The notes: generated by a model from the sequence alone, not told the origin. Numbered from the stretch's first letter, positions 26,101 to 39,923 are shown. The stretch: 64,000 nt of DNA from Tubulanus polymorphus (GCF_964204645.1 NC_134026.1:7339950-7403949), one strand, 5' to 3'. Program-made: numbers and translations.

Positions 26101-28672
26101 TGGTCCCAGCCCCTGCCTTCCAATCATTTGTCTCCTTTTTGTAAAGATGGAGATCGTTGAAACCTTTAGATTTGAATCTCCCGTGGGAAATTGCATCTTT
26201 TTGGATGTATTTCTTCATAAATTTCCATCAGCTGTTCAATCAATCTTTTCTTTCAGTGACACCGTCCAATTTCCGTAGAATTGCCCCTGTGAAAATGGAT
26301 CTCTAATAACACCGAGAGACCCGCTTGTGAAATACTTAATAACTCTTTTATTCTTTTACCTTTTCCTGAATCGCATCGTGTTTTTCGATAGCTTCATCTC
26401 TATCATCTTTCGCTATTTTCAATTCTTTCTTTAAACGTATGATGTCTTTCTCTAGATCTGAAAAGAACAAACACCACATAGGTATCAGAATCCAGTCACA
26501 AGCATCAGGATCCAATCACAAGCAGCAGGATCCAGACATACAAGCATCAGGATCCAGACATAAAATTGATGTCACAGACCTTCAGTTGTACTGAAACCAG
26601 TTGCAGGTTTGATTAAATGACCAAAGAAGATTCCCATTGCCCTAATTTTCTAATCTGTCTAATCATCGTCAGTTTAATAAACCCCGTTTGAACTATTATA
26701 AACAAACTCTTAAGCACTTGATTCTAGTGGTTGAATTCAAAACTCTTGAGCAACTGATGCTATGTTTAAAATTGTCACTTTGGCAGTGATTTACTCGTTT
26801 ATAACTTAGTATATAAACCAACTTTTGAGCACCTAACCCCTACCAGCTATCATGAATCCAAGTGAAATTCGAATTGACAACTATGGAACTGAATCCAGTA
26901 ATTGTCAGTTTGATGAATGACCTAAGTTGATGATAAAGTGGTATTGTGGATAGTAATTCTACCTGTGATGATTTTCTGAAAATGTTCAGTCTCATCTGGG
27001 GCATCAGACGGCTCACAAAAATCCTCAAAGTTAATTTCAACTGCCTCAAATTCGCTGATCTTCTGAACTAACAGCTGACTTTGACGTTTTAAATCAACAT
27101 TCTGTTTGTGAATCTATCGATAAAAACAATAAAACACTTACAACCATTTCCAATTCATTCCAATTTAGGGTTTTTTTTCATTACTTAGGAGTATAGATTT
27201 TTTAAATATTTTTTTTCTTTATAGGGGTAAAAATAAAAATAAAGCTTTTTATTATTTGAGTATTTTCCACATAAAACCTTGGGAGGACTGCAGAAAAAAA
27301 TTTCAAAGGAATGAATATTGTGATGAATTTTATTCATATGATGGGAGAAATGAAAAAAGTAACTTTTTTGCTGATCATAAGATTGAAAATTGAGATGAAC
27401 GGAACTTTTACAAGATACTAGATTGAAAATAAAATGGACTCATCAAACATTTGAAAAATTGTGATGAAAACAGAATAAAAAATTTTGCTTTTAATATGAT
27501 GATTTTTTTTCGCAAAATTCTGGGAGGCAGACCCATACTCCAAGTAATTGAAGAAGGCCTCAGGAGTAAATAGAATTTGATGAGAAAATCCAGCATATTT
27601 ATCACAAACCTGTTTAGCGTATTTTTCTGCCTCTAGTCTCAGTCCTGATTCGACGCTACATTTTGTTTGTAACTCAATAATTCCTTGCGTCACGGGTTCA
27701 AGAGCTACAGAAAATAGGACCAGAAATTCATTATTACAATTAACTGACCTCAAAACATACCGGTACCTACATTTGACTTATTCATTTCTATACAATCTTA
27801 TATGATTATGCTTTTAATTTTTCATATTGAATTCTTGATGAATAATTTCATTGTCAACATATTTGTATTCGTGGTTTAATCTCTTTTATATATGCTCCAC
27901 GTCTGAATGTAATACTCTACGATCAGTTCGACAGTTTGATGAATTAGTGTGAATATCTTAATATATGTATAGTTTATTTAGGTCAAAATAATACAGGTTT
28001 TTATTTCATTCCAGTTAAGAGACTCCGATATACGCAATATCACTCTCTGTATCCACTTACTGGTCTGTATTTGTGATATATCATTTTCACGTTGTTCCAG
28101 TCGATTTGACAATTTCTTAAACTGAAATTGAAATTCCCAACGAAAAAAAATTACAACTGATATTACAATCATCTCAGAGAGAAATTGACAGGGATCCAAT
28201 GAGATTATACTGATGATACAAACCTGGACTTGATTCTCATTATATTTCGCTAACAAATCATCGTAATCTTTCAAAGCTGCAAATTAAACGTATCGTATAT
28301 GAATGTATATACCATATACATGGCAGAACATACAAATCTGTATCAATGTATACCGGGTGGGTACATTACAATACAATATAACAACCATAGGCCTAATAGT
28401 ATTCAATTATCTTCCATATATACATGCTCTATACTCCAGAAGTTTACTCTGACTCACAGAATTACTATAGATTAAATACATCTAGCTAGCAATCAAGTAG
28501 AGACATACTTTAGAATTGACAAGTAGCAGCTCTAATGTAAATTGACATTGCTGTGTATTTATATATACGTACCTTTATGTGAAAGTTCTTTCAACTTCTG
28601 TAAATTTCTCTTGTCTTTACAACTCTCTGATTTCCAGTATTCAACTGTCTGTTCTTCTTCCACTGAATCCAT
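23168..28672 (-). CDS. SHTN1: Shootin-1-like coiled-coil protein (~14 exons)
   Basis: Start MDSVEEEQ at 28672. Coiled-coil exons (LRLEAEKYAKQ; LEMENQCRKAAMNYASK), a poly-Pro exon (~23934-24026), SEMMKRIK and DELSRILRKR resemble Shootin-1 motifs EMMDRIK and ELERILRRR. Confidence 0.75.
24620..24915. repeat. Degenerate ~40-bp tandem repeat
   Basis: Recurrent aatctaaca..ttaagac and attttagttcta units. Confidence 0.65.
25742..26006. mobile_element. piggyBac-like MITE
   Basis: ttaa|ccctttcagtgc ... gcactgaaaagg|ttat. Confidence 0.6.
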
Positions 28673-29675
28673 GATTGTTTTGTAATAACTTTTACTAATA
28701 AACTTTCATCAGCAACTTTCTGTAAACTGTGGGAAAGTTTGTTTTGTGAACCAGGAAGTAATTAAGAGGAGAAAGTCCACGAGGTGCTGTCATCTGGAGT
28801 AGGAAATCAGTACTAGAATGAAATCAGTAATACATGTACATGTACCACTACCATGTACTGTTCACTGCACATTTTGTGGCACTGGATTCAGAATTGTGAA
28901 CCTGGGCCCATGTGGAATTGTGTCCGTGGATCTGTGTCCAACTGTGAAATTGGATCTATGTGCAATTCCAGTACAGTGCAATTAGATCCAGAAAGCTGAG
29001 GAACTGTGTCCTGAAGTGTGGAACTGTGTCCAGATCTGTGGAATGCCTGATAAAACAATTTCTTAATGAATACTGTGGTAATCAGAGAACGATTGCTGGT
29101 AATTGTTAGTGAAGAGTCACCACACATACTCGGTCAGTCATGCTACACAGACCGAACTAACTTCAGCGATCTGAGGTTAGCACACATGGCTAATTGCATC
29201 CCAATAATCTTGCCAGTTCAAATTTAGGTTTGTTTCAAGATTTGGCATTCATAGAAAAATGTGAAGTTTCTCTGTCGCAATAAAAATTATGAACTCTTGA
29301 ATTCTTATACAACAAATATTTATATTCATTTTGAAAACATAAACAACTTTCACACAATCCAAGTAGATTTCCGAGAATGGTTTTTCCATTTGCTTTAGAA
29401 AGACTACGTATCTTATATTAAAGTAGAATTAATTTTCCAATAATTCCAATTAGTTCTCGACAGTCAGTACACTCTCCGACAGTCATAGTTAGTTACCTAA
29501 TCGTTGGTGGTAAGCTTTTTATAATCGGATGGGCTTATGTGGTTTGTGAAAATATCCGATCGTGAAACTAAACCACAGACGGGTTACTGACTAAGACTGT
29601 CAGTACATTCTTATTTGATCTGCATACATTTAACTTAGAACTCGGATTCACATCGGTCAAAGTAATATGATTATC

Positions 29676-30222
29676 ATGTCTGTGCTGAACAAGTCTGGGA
29701 TCTACCATGTCGCTGGTCATTCAGTCTGTTTTGTTCCTGTTTGAGGCGTTTGGAAATCTACTTTAGCGGTTAATGATACGAAAGTCGTAGATCGTAGATT
29801 ACGTATCTTATCCTTGTCTCGGTGTGATACCATTTTTAGCATTAGTTAAACGCTGATGCCTGTTTTACGGTTGTTCTTTTACACCTCAAAGACGGTCCAA
29901 TATTAATCACGAAAATCACGAATTCATTAATCTGTCATCAGATCTATGAATTTGTAACCGCACTTCCAATCTTCAATAGTTCGTGGTTCACTTGATGATG
30001 AATCTCTAGAACGCGTGGCAATTGATATGTTTTTTGATATGATAATCGATATGTTTTCTAGAACGCGCCGCAATTGATATGTTTTTGATATGATAATCGA
30101 TATGTTTTCTAGAACGCGCCGCAATTGATATCTTTTTGATATGATAATCGATATGTTTTCCGGATAGTTTGTTTGGATGTTTTTAAAAATGGTTTGAAAA
30201 CTACAAAATCAAAACGTACAAC
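29676..30222 (+). pseudogene. Degenerate, internally deleted paralog of the 37086 and 55620 GPCRs
   Basis: atgtctgtgctgaacaagtctgggatctac (MSVLNKSGIY), ctgatgcctgtttta, aaagacggtccaata, tctctagaacgcg and gaaaactacaaaatcaaaacgtacaac match the intact copies. Contains frameshifts and a 3x ~54-bp tandem repeat at ~30003-30160. Confidence 0.85.
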
Positions 30223-30528
30223 GAGAGGTCCATGTTCATATCGTGGTGGGGACTAAAGGGTTAGGGTAAGCCTCAGCCGTCATCTGGAGTATGAAATAAG
30301 TACTAGTATGAAATCACTAATACATTGTACTACATCGTTCCCATTACGGAGACCTTCCTGGTTTCTCAAAACTGGAAACTGAATTCACAAGAATAAACCA
30401 ATCACAATTTCATTGAATGAAAATATTATATTTTTCAGTATATCAACTTTGAATACATGAATAAATGCAATTTAGGTTCCTTTCACGCATCAATAAACAC
30501 AGCAGATCGGTTACTGATACATGTGTCG

Positions 30529-33500
30529 TTAGAACATGTTTATATTGAGTTTAGAGTTGGTCGGATATTGTTGATCCAATTGTTTGAATTGCAGAGCGCA
30601 TTTGTTCCTTTCTGCCGTAAATCCCAAATCATGGAACACTCGAGCCTGCAGTATAAAACCATCACAAAATATCCTCAATATTGAAGTGGTAAATTTAGAT
30701 AACCAGATAGGCCTATCCTTGATATAGAACTGGTATTGAAGAAACACAGGGTGAATCCGGGGCCAAGAGGGGAAATCGTGGGTCCAGTTTTACTGACACT
30801 CGCCGAAATCGACTTTCTTGTGAAACTGGACTCAGAATAGGCTATGGTGAATAGAGGGTCTGGTGCCCACTCCAGAGAAATCTTTAATGGCACTTCTACA
30901 TGCAACGCATTAACTACTCCCTATTTATTTACCTACCTGAAAGTAATAAATATCTTTCGTTCTTTTGTAATCTTCAACTTTCAGAAATAATTTCATTACG
31001 GTTTCTAGAGATCCAACTGATTTCTGTAGAACTAGAAAATATACAAAAACAGTACGTATAGAAAATCCAAAACTACCATGTTTACATTCTGATAACACTG
31101 CGATTTACTACCAGTGATCGTACGCCAGGTAAGTCCCTCCATTTTGTTGTTATGTATGGCAAGCCTCCGGCACTGGTTTGTAAACAAACTATGACATCAC
31201 TTGCGTGACCCAGGCCCTAGTTCAAGTATAAAACCCACAATCAAAAAAAAAAAAACTGTAAGAGGATCTGGACATCTCAACTCAAATGCTATGAGCTATT
31301 TTCAAAAATAAAATGGCTTATAAGATTTCAGTTGTCAAAATTTAAATGTCAAAATTATCTTACAGCTTTTCTCTCATTGTGGGTTTTTTACACGTCAACT
31401 GAATTCGACAATCAACTTTCTATGAAAACTAGCCTGTCAATTTCTCTTTGTCTCCCAGGGCTGAGTTTATATACGTGGTCAAAATCAATAAATTATTTAC
31501 ATGACAGACCCTCTAAGTTTGAAAATCCTTGAATCAATCTTTTTTTGTTATATACGGTAGGACATGACGTGCAACACCTCTATATAGAAAATTGTAAACT
31601 CAAAATGGTGGTAATGATTGGGAAATATAATCAATACCTTTGCGTCGTTCCTCCTGAGATTCTGATCGCGCAGCCGCCACCAAACATTTATTATAGAGGA
31701 ATAAAACGCGAGCTTTATCATAAACAGTTCCGTGAGTCATTACTGTAACTAACTGTGATTTAATAGTTCGAACGGCTTGCTGCGGAAGATTCATACAAAA
31801 CTACAACAAAAATGCGATAAAACATGAATAGAATTGAGAATCTTTTTGATACATGAATCTCCCACAGTCAGTATCTTTAAAATTGTACGCGAGTTATTGT
31901 TCCCAAGACAGAAGAAATCGAATCCAAGCAATCAATATTTGGAACTGATTTACACACCTGAACGTATCCAAGATAAATAGAAGCCATTGCAGCTAAACGT
32001 CTGAAGTAATGACGTCTACAGTAAGTTAAACAAGACAACAGTGGAGATATGGCAGCTACAAAATTACTAGTTTGACAATACAACTCCGCATAGATCAGCG
32101 TCACCCTGAAAATACAGAGACAGAGAGAGTGAGTGACAACAGAACTCAGCATAGATCAGAGTCACCCTGAAAATACAGAGACAGACAAAATCTCTAAAGT
32201 CCCTAGGCCATTTGCTGAAAAGTTGGTTAACGATAACCGGCAGATAAATACAATAGTAACAACACAGTTTCAATTGTCACTTAGAATCCACTGGAGAAAC
32301 CTAACAAACTTTTGAGCAACCTCAGACCCTAATCGTTGAACTGATATTCAACAATAGCCTGAACACAAATTATTCAGTCATTTACCTGGCAAATAAATCG
32401 GGATTCATGTCTTCATTAGCATCGTTTTTCATTTTAGTTTGACATTCCATAATTTCATTAAGTAACGTGACTGCTTTAGTCGTTTCACCGAGTTCCTTCA
32501 ATAAAATTGCCTGCCTGAAATAAACACGCGACAAACAGTTGTAATCTCACTATGACACAGTTGTCCAGCTTTGGTTAGCTTCTATAAACTATCGAGTGAC
32601 TGCAGCCCCTCGGTTTATAATTACCGATATTTCGCTTCAGTTGAATTCACCGAAGCCATATTCAAAACCGCCTGTTCCGCTACATCGAACTTCCCATGAT
32701 GCATTGCACGATCGAATATAACGATCTGTTCACATAACATCCATGGTTTACTGTACTGTGATTGCGGGGGATATCGCATCCTACAGGACTGCAGAATATC
32801 GGTACAAGCGCTGTATAAACCCTATAGAAATATACAACAGTATTGATGGTCTACTGTGATAGAGGGGGGATATCTCACTGTCCCTCCCCTGAACAGGTAG
32901 ACCCTTTAAACGCTCCCCGACCAGATGTTTTTAGGATCGGATTATGAATTTTTATAGCACCTCGTATATAGAACTAATATCAAAGCTGCTTTCCAGAAAA
33001 GATATACGTATCAGGTGCTATAAAAATTCATAATGCTGTCCTAAAAACATCTGGTCGGGGAGCGTTTAAGAGGTCAGTCCTTAATGACAAGAACAGAAAT
33101 GTCCTCAGCTGTCCTTTGGATGTGAGTCAACATCACAGGAGGTTGCATTAAGGAATTCCACAAGATGGGGGTGCATATGTATACCAAAATGCACGTCCAC
33201 CAAATGACTACAATAAACTGAGAGAAGGTTCTTACCTCTTCGCTATGAATTAAAGCCAGATTACACAGTGCTATACAATCAGGTTCACCATTCATATAAA
33301 CACCACATTCATTAGTGTTTAAATGTAGTAATACTTGACTGCACATCGATGACATCAATCTACAAATATAACATGAGATATTACATACTCAGGAGAGGTG
33401 AGGGTAGGTTGATAGTTGTGAGGGTAGGTTGAGGAGTGTGATGGTAGGTTGAGGAGTGTGATGGTAGGTTGAGGAGTGTGATGGTAGGTTGAGAGTTGTG

Positions 33501-36500
33501 AGGGTAGGTTGAGGAGTGTGATGGTAGGTTGAGAGTTGTGAGGGTAGGTTGAGGAGTGTGATGGTAGGTTGAGAGTTGTGAGGGTAGGTTGAGAATTGTG
33601 AGGGTAGGTTGATGAGTGTGAGGGGAGGTTGAGGGGTGTAATGGTAGGTCGAGGGGTTTAATTTAACCTACCTGTACCCATACATGGTCCACATAGCAGC
33701 TTTCTGGGCGTAACTTATAGACATCAAATCTAACTGTGAATGTTGACAATTTAGAATATCGCTTTTCATCAGAAATTCAAAAACGCTGTAACAAAAATGA
33801 ACAAATTAATAAGGAATTAAAGTGTTTGTAATGTGAATATGAACTGGTTGAGTATTCAATACCGGTACCTGGAGGGTGGAACACAATTAGTGGCGCTGTG
33901 TTTAGCAAATGCTTGAATTCCTAATGACGTCAAATACTAGAAAACATTACAAATACAGGACAGCAATTAGATGGGTTTATCTAAAAATGTTGAAATGGAA
34001 GAAAATGGAGAGGGGGATGGGAGGGGAGAGAAGACAGGAGGGAGAAAAGGGAGAGCTAAGGTGGGAATGGGGAGGGTGAGAGGGAATAGAAAAGAGGGAG
34101 ATGTTTGAAAGAAAGGGAAGGAGTCAGAATAGAGGAGAGAGTGTGGAATGTGAGATAGATACTGTAGATAGATTTGAACTAACCGGTAAGTGTAATTCAT
34201 TAGATTTAGTGACAGCTCTTTCTAATAGATTCGCGGTGTTTAAAGTGTTCTGTTCTCCTAAACGATGCAACCAACCCTGAAACACACACACGGTACACAC
34301 AAATCATACACGGCGGTATACATACATCACGTTTATACGACGGTCAGTCCTATTACTTACGAGAGCGTGCTGTAAACAGATATTATCGTTATATTCCTGA
34401 GCGATACTGATCGCTTCCTGAAGAGCTGCCAGTGATTCCTCTCTGAAAAATATCAATATCATTCCGACACTATAACTCTGCATGTCAACTCGTATCCTTC
34501 ATATAAAAGCGATTAAATCATTCCCAATTCAGAACCACAGTGAAAGCACACGATACATATTGTAGTCTATGTAGTCTATGACATTGTATAAAAGCTTTGC
34601 TCCCAATATCAGAATTTTGATAATAAAGAAATGAACATTAATGGTAAAATAAGGGTCCTGGGCGAATACAGCCAGTTGTAAATGAGGTTGTATCCAAAAT
34701 TTGCCAAACTTAACTGTGCTACTCTGACACTTAGATTCTTGGTGAGGGGGCGAGTTGCACAGTGAAGGATTCCATTTAAGAACTCAGTCAATGTATAAGA
34801 TCTCATGATTGTACTTAAGTATCAGACCACTTTCAGACTATCGATCATTTAACTCAGCCGCAAGATCCTAAATGGGAGGGATATGGAACGGTACCTGTGT
34901 CCGAACTTGAAATGAAGGGCAGCGATATTGAGTATCGCGTAACGATAAGCCTTCATCGGTTCATCTTCTTTATTCGCTGAATTATTCGTCGTTGATTTAT
35001 TTGAATTATTGCCATCTTTATTCGCTGAGGAGTTCATCGCGTTCGAGTTGTTTGTTATTGATAGCCGATCGAAGTAATGATATAAACTGTGCATCGCCGT
35101 ACAATATTCATTCACGTGTAGATTATTCAAATAACTCAAATAATGCTACAATTAGAAATAACTACAATTTATCAGTTCCAAATGTGATGAAACAACTGAA
35201 GGGATACCGTAAAACTATTGGCCGAAAACGCACAACATGAAGAAAGATGGTATTTGACGTTTGAAAATGGCTCATAGAATTGAGGCAAAACATCAAATAC
35301 TATCTTTAGTTTTTTGCATGTCTTGAGTTTTTTTTTCAATGGGATTAGACAGTACTTGTCTATTGAAACCAAAGTAAGAGCTAGGTTTACAGTCCAGGAT
35401 CGAGTCCCACAGTTTTTCGGTAAGATTTCACTGAGAACCTTAGTGTCAGTGACCCCTGACTGGTTGCACGGTGGTTCATACGAGCTCTTAGTACACGCAG
35501 TCTTCAGAGCGCCAGGAACAGGCCACTCTCAGGACAAGGTGAAGGTATGATTTGACTCAAAATTACACATGTAGTTCATTTTAAATGTTGGAGTCAAAAT
35601 TTCTACAGACTATGGAACTGGATCTAGTTTTAACTTAAGCTTAGCCTCAGGTTTCAACAGTTATACAATCGACCAATACAATTACTACATGATGAAAAAT
35701 CTAATTGCTCGCCTCATTTACTCATAGTCCATGAAAAATTTTCAATTTCTTCTCAAGGATAGTTTTGTTGGTATACTCACCAGTTCAGCGAGATCGGGAT
35801 TAGTTTTTAATAGGTCCATTATTTTCTCCTGTAGTTGCGGAGGGCTGAGGGCAGCGGAATCATTGTGCTGTAATAACGATGCCTGAAATGTTCAGTTTAT
35901 AATTAGTTATTAGAAACGCTTGATTTACATAGTTTAGAAACTCCGTGAATACTGAACTGTGTTGAATTGAACCTATAAGGTATCGATTGTTAACTATGGG
36001 CTGTTTGTACCTGTTGGGCTATGAAGAATTCCGCCTGCCTATGAGAATGAGTCCCAGTTTCAAGTGTATTACACCTATAAATAAAACGTTGAACTGGCAC
36101 TGGGTCCTAAACTGTGGAACCACATGCTGGAGGGGGGAAATTACCCCTTCAATCTCAGAATACCTGGTACGTTTAATTGAAACCGGTATGACATAAATAC
36201 GTACGGTGGTTTTGTGTGTTTGTGATGAACACTTGAATCTAAGACGTCATCAGTATCGGTTAAATCCATCAATGAAGTCTCATCTTGTTTTAAACAGTTC
36301 TGCTGCTGCTGCTGTGGCTGCTGCTGTTTCCATTGTTTATAATAATGTTGATAAGATCTGTAGAGTTGAGTCAATTGATTGAATGATAATTTCTCAAATG
36401 CTAATAACATTCTGCGTATAAATAAACCTGCAAATATAAATACTCAATCTATCATAATAAGCCCGGTCGGAGTGGACAATTTTTTGATTTGAAAGTGATA

Positions 36501-39481
36501 TCTGAGTTAGATAATACAGTAGACTCTGCTCGAGTCAGAACTCTTGACTTGAGAGTGATTGAACAAATATCCTAGTCGATTAGAGTCCGCTGCGTGGAAT
36601 CCTCCTCACTGGCCCCCAGTCTGCTACATACCTACGACACTAGCTTTATTTGCCGCTGTTAAAGTTGGAGTTTGACCGATTAATTGCTTCGGTAAATCAT
36701 GAAAGAAATCCATCAAACATTTTACACTTCCGTTACACAAATCTTCCAATCTGAATTACAAAAACAGCAGAAAGAATATTAGAACAGTGGACCTTCACCA
36801 TTTATAATGAATTCTTGTACCACGAATATTGATATTTAATTTAGTAACATTTATATCTTACACAATAATAATCTTGCGCAAAGTCTGAGTCTATTGTTCC
36901 AGATTTGTGAGAATTGATTTTCTGTTCGCTGTTTACAATAAATCTAACAAATGAATCGTAGTGAGGACTTAATATTTCTATATTAAATTTAAGACAATTT
37001 TCTTGAACGCAAGTCCAGAACACTCTCAGACTGTCAGTTGACTTACAGACAGTCACAACACTCTCCGTCAGTATCTGCACGAATCATGAATTCAACTCAG
37101 ATTCAAGTCGGTCGACCTTATAACAGTTACATCGTTCTCATGTCTGTGGTGAACAGGTCTGGAATCTACCGTACAGTGTCACTGGTCATTTTGCATGTAT
37201 TTTTCCTATTAGGAGTCTTCGGAAATTCAGCTACTTTCCTGATAATGATAAGTCATCGATTCCGCAGTTTATCTTACGCTAACTATCTTATCGTCTTGTC
37301 AGTCTGTGATTTCACTTTCTGCATCAATTGTACATTGATGCCTGTTTTACAGTTTGTTCTCTTCCAGGTTAAAGATGGTCCTATATTCATCATGAATTCA
37401 CTGATCAGTTGTAAAATCAATGAATTTGTGACTGCAGTTGCATGCAACAATAGTTCGTGGTTAATCGTAGCAATATCCCTAGAACGTGCGGCAGTTGTGC
37501 TCTTCCCGTTCACATCTCGTTTGATATGTACACCCAGATTCGCCAGATTTGTTATACTGATAATATCCGCAGTGAATGTCCTGTTTCTATATCTCACACC
37601 TGGTTTGTCGATATATTTTTCCAACCAGTTTTTCGGATGTTTCTATGAATTATTCGACCAAATGACGTTTTTTGTGTTATCTGTCATCCATGTTTACGTG
37701 CTGCCTTTAACTTTGATTCTAACATCAAATTTTCTTATAATAGTTCAGTTATTCAGAGGTTCAAAAATGGTTTCGTCTGATCAGAAAACTACGAAATCAA
37801 AACGTACAACAATAATGCTTGTAACTGTTTCACTGGTATTTGCAATTTTCACACTTCCAACCACCATTACTTCATTGTCACCAATCTCATCGGAACAGAG
37901 ATATTTTCTATATGACATAGTTGTTCAGTTTCTGGCTGGCAACTATGTGGTAAATTTCTACATATATCTTTTACTGGGGCGAGAAATTCGTGAATATTTC
38001 TGTATGAAAATCCGCTGTAGGAATTCAGTCAAATAACCATTGATTTGATTCACTTTATCTAACTTTACCCGACACAAACAGAAAACTAAAAAATCAAAAC
38101 GTACAACAATAATGCTTGTAACAGTTTCACTCGCATTCGCAATATTTACACTTCCATCCACTATTACAATCTCAGAGTTTCTATACGATATATCCACACA
38201 GTATCAAAAGTGTAACTATGTAGTAACTGGGAGAGAAATTTGTGATTATTTCTGTATGAAAATCATCTGTAGGAATTCAGTCACAAATAAACATGTTTGA
38301 CTACATAGGCCTACAGCTTTTTCGAATCAATATTCTTGTTATTAATTCCCTTAAATACGAAATCTTTGGAGGAAAATTGCCCTAATTCGGAATTGATTAA
38401 GAACTGCCCGGACAATAAGAAACAGTTGTAATCAGAGAATGACAGCGGGTTTTGTTAGTGAGTAGTCACCACCACAACTGACCAGACTAACTTAAATGAT
38501 AGGATAGTCACCTCACCTGACTGGTCACCACAGTTAAAAGGTCATATAGTTCCACAGATATGCGAACAGAAAAGTCAACTCTACAAAATCTGCAAGGCAC
38601 GGCTAGTAATCTTGTGTTTTGATCAGTACCCTCACCCTCAGTGATAAACAGTAGCTTATAGGAAATGTAGTGAAATCACAAAGTTGGCTTAAATAGTTCT
38701 ATGGTTAGACCAGAGGCCAAGATTCAAATCTCAGTGATAAAAGATAGGCCTAAGGCTCAGCTAAGGTTAGGGTTGAAAGAGACGAGATTGATGGGGCTAT
38801 TATTGAAGTTATGGATATTTAAACATTTTCTTAAAAATGAATTCAAGTGCTCCAGGGCCCATTTCTACAGATGTGGGTTTAGTTTAAATATGGACTATAA
38901 AACAATCTAAGTCTATAAATCGTTTTAGAGGCCATGGTTCAAATGAACTCGGGGTTAGGCCTAGTACCGTAAAACAGTATTTGAGCATGTTCTAAATGTC
39001 TCTTACCTCGATAGAAACAGTTTGTACATTTTCACATTCATGATTTTCTCCAATGTTGACAGCAATTCAGAAAGTTCGATATCACCAGACTGAGACAACA
39101 ATAAAACATCATATCAGTACATTACCATAGAAACATTTCATCATATCAGAAAATATGCCTTTTCTAATTTTTGGGGTCAAAAACATAATGCCCCAAGGGT
39201 AAGGCCCAGAAAACCCTGTTCCTCAGAGAACTCTTTGAATTTCGACAAGACTTTCTGCGACTTACTTGTATTAGTGAAAGTAACGTAACCATGAAGTCTC
39301 TCATTTCTTTCTCTGACAGATAGATGGTGCTATTGAAATCGTCCGATAGAACCGTAGAACTCATTGAGTTACGTATTACGCAATACTCCTGAATACACAG
39401 TAACAACGATACTTTATGAGCGGTGACATTCTCCTTTAACTTAGCGCAATGACCCAACATAAAAAACTGATCGTAAGACAT
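30529..39481 (-). CDS. ANAPC5: Anaphase-promoting complex subunit 5 (~18 exons)
   Basis: Exons include VTAHKVSLL (39481-39267), GLFIRRMLLAFEKLSF, HYLSYLNNLHVNEY..LYHYFDR..YRYAILNIAALHFKFGH, LQEAISIAQEYNDNICLQHAL, and the terminal exon 30645-30529 ARVFHDLGFTAERNKCALQFKQL. Confidence 0.93.
32902..33073. repeat. Near-perfect palindrome (MITE-like) in an ANAPC5 intron
   Basis: ttaaacgctccccgaccagatgtttttagga / tcctaaaaacatctggtcggggagcgtttaa; arms ~60 bp. Confidence 0.85.
33395..33660. repeat. 20-bp minisatellite (~13 units)
   Basis: (gagggtaggttgaggagtgt)n and variants. Confidence 0.95.
37086..38036 (+). CDS. Intronless class A (peptide-receptor-like) orphan GPCR nested antisense in an ANAPC5 intron (316 aa)
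   Basis: Seven hydrophobic segments; GN (TM1), YLIVLSVCD (TM2), C..SLERAAVVLFP (TM3), FAIFTLP (TM6), VNFYIYLL..IR (TM7). Confidence 0.9.
   Translation: MNSTQIQVGRPYNSYIVLMSVVNRSGIYRTVSLVILHVFFLLGVFGNSATFLIMISHRFRSLSYANYLIVLSVCDFTFCINCTLMPVLQFVLFQVKDGPIFIMNSLISCKINEFVTAVACNNSSWLIVAISLERAAVVLFPFTSRLICTPRFARFVILIISAVNVLFLYLTPGLSIYFSNQFFGCFYELFDQMTFFVLSVIHVYVLPLTLILTSNFLIIVQLFRGSKMVSSDQKTTKSKRTTIMLVTVSLVFAIFTLPTTITSLSPISSEQRYFLYDIVVQFLAGNYVVNFYIYLLLGREIREYFCMKIRCRNSVK
38078..38290 (+). pseudogene. Partial tandem duplicate of the GPCR TM6-TM7 end
   Basis: KSKRTTIMLVTVSLAFAIFTLP...GREICDYFCMKIICRNSV, with internal deletions. Confidence 0.85.
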
Positions 39482-39923
39482 GACTCAAAACTTCATCTGA
39501 AAAACACAACAAACATCGTGCTCAAATAGCGGGTAAAATATCTAAATAAAGTAGGGCATTCGGTTTATCACACGTACGGAAGTCTGCGAGAATCACGATA
39601 TTTCAAGTTGAATCAGCAAATCATTTCTCAATTTAGGTCTGAATTAATATTTCAAAAATATGAATAAAATTTCATTTATTCCCCACTCCACGCGACCTTC
39701 AGATGGGATTCCCTAATATACAGGATTGAGCTGCTGGATTTCAATCTTAGACAAATCCGCTTACTTAAGTTCCCGATTAAATTCACGCCATACTTTATCT
39801 CTATAACAGCCTTTTCTCCATTTGATGGCGCGTGATATATGCCTCATCACATATCGTCTAACTACTACATGAAACGTTAAGTCCGGCAGGTTTGGTCCGG
39901 TATTTAGTGTGCGCGGAATGAAA
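39482..39923. promoter_or_regulatory. Probable bidirectional promoter between ANAPC5 and Rhotekin
   Basis: Divergent start codons at 39481 and 39924, ~440 bp apart. Confidence 0.6.
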
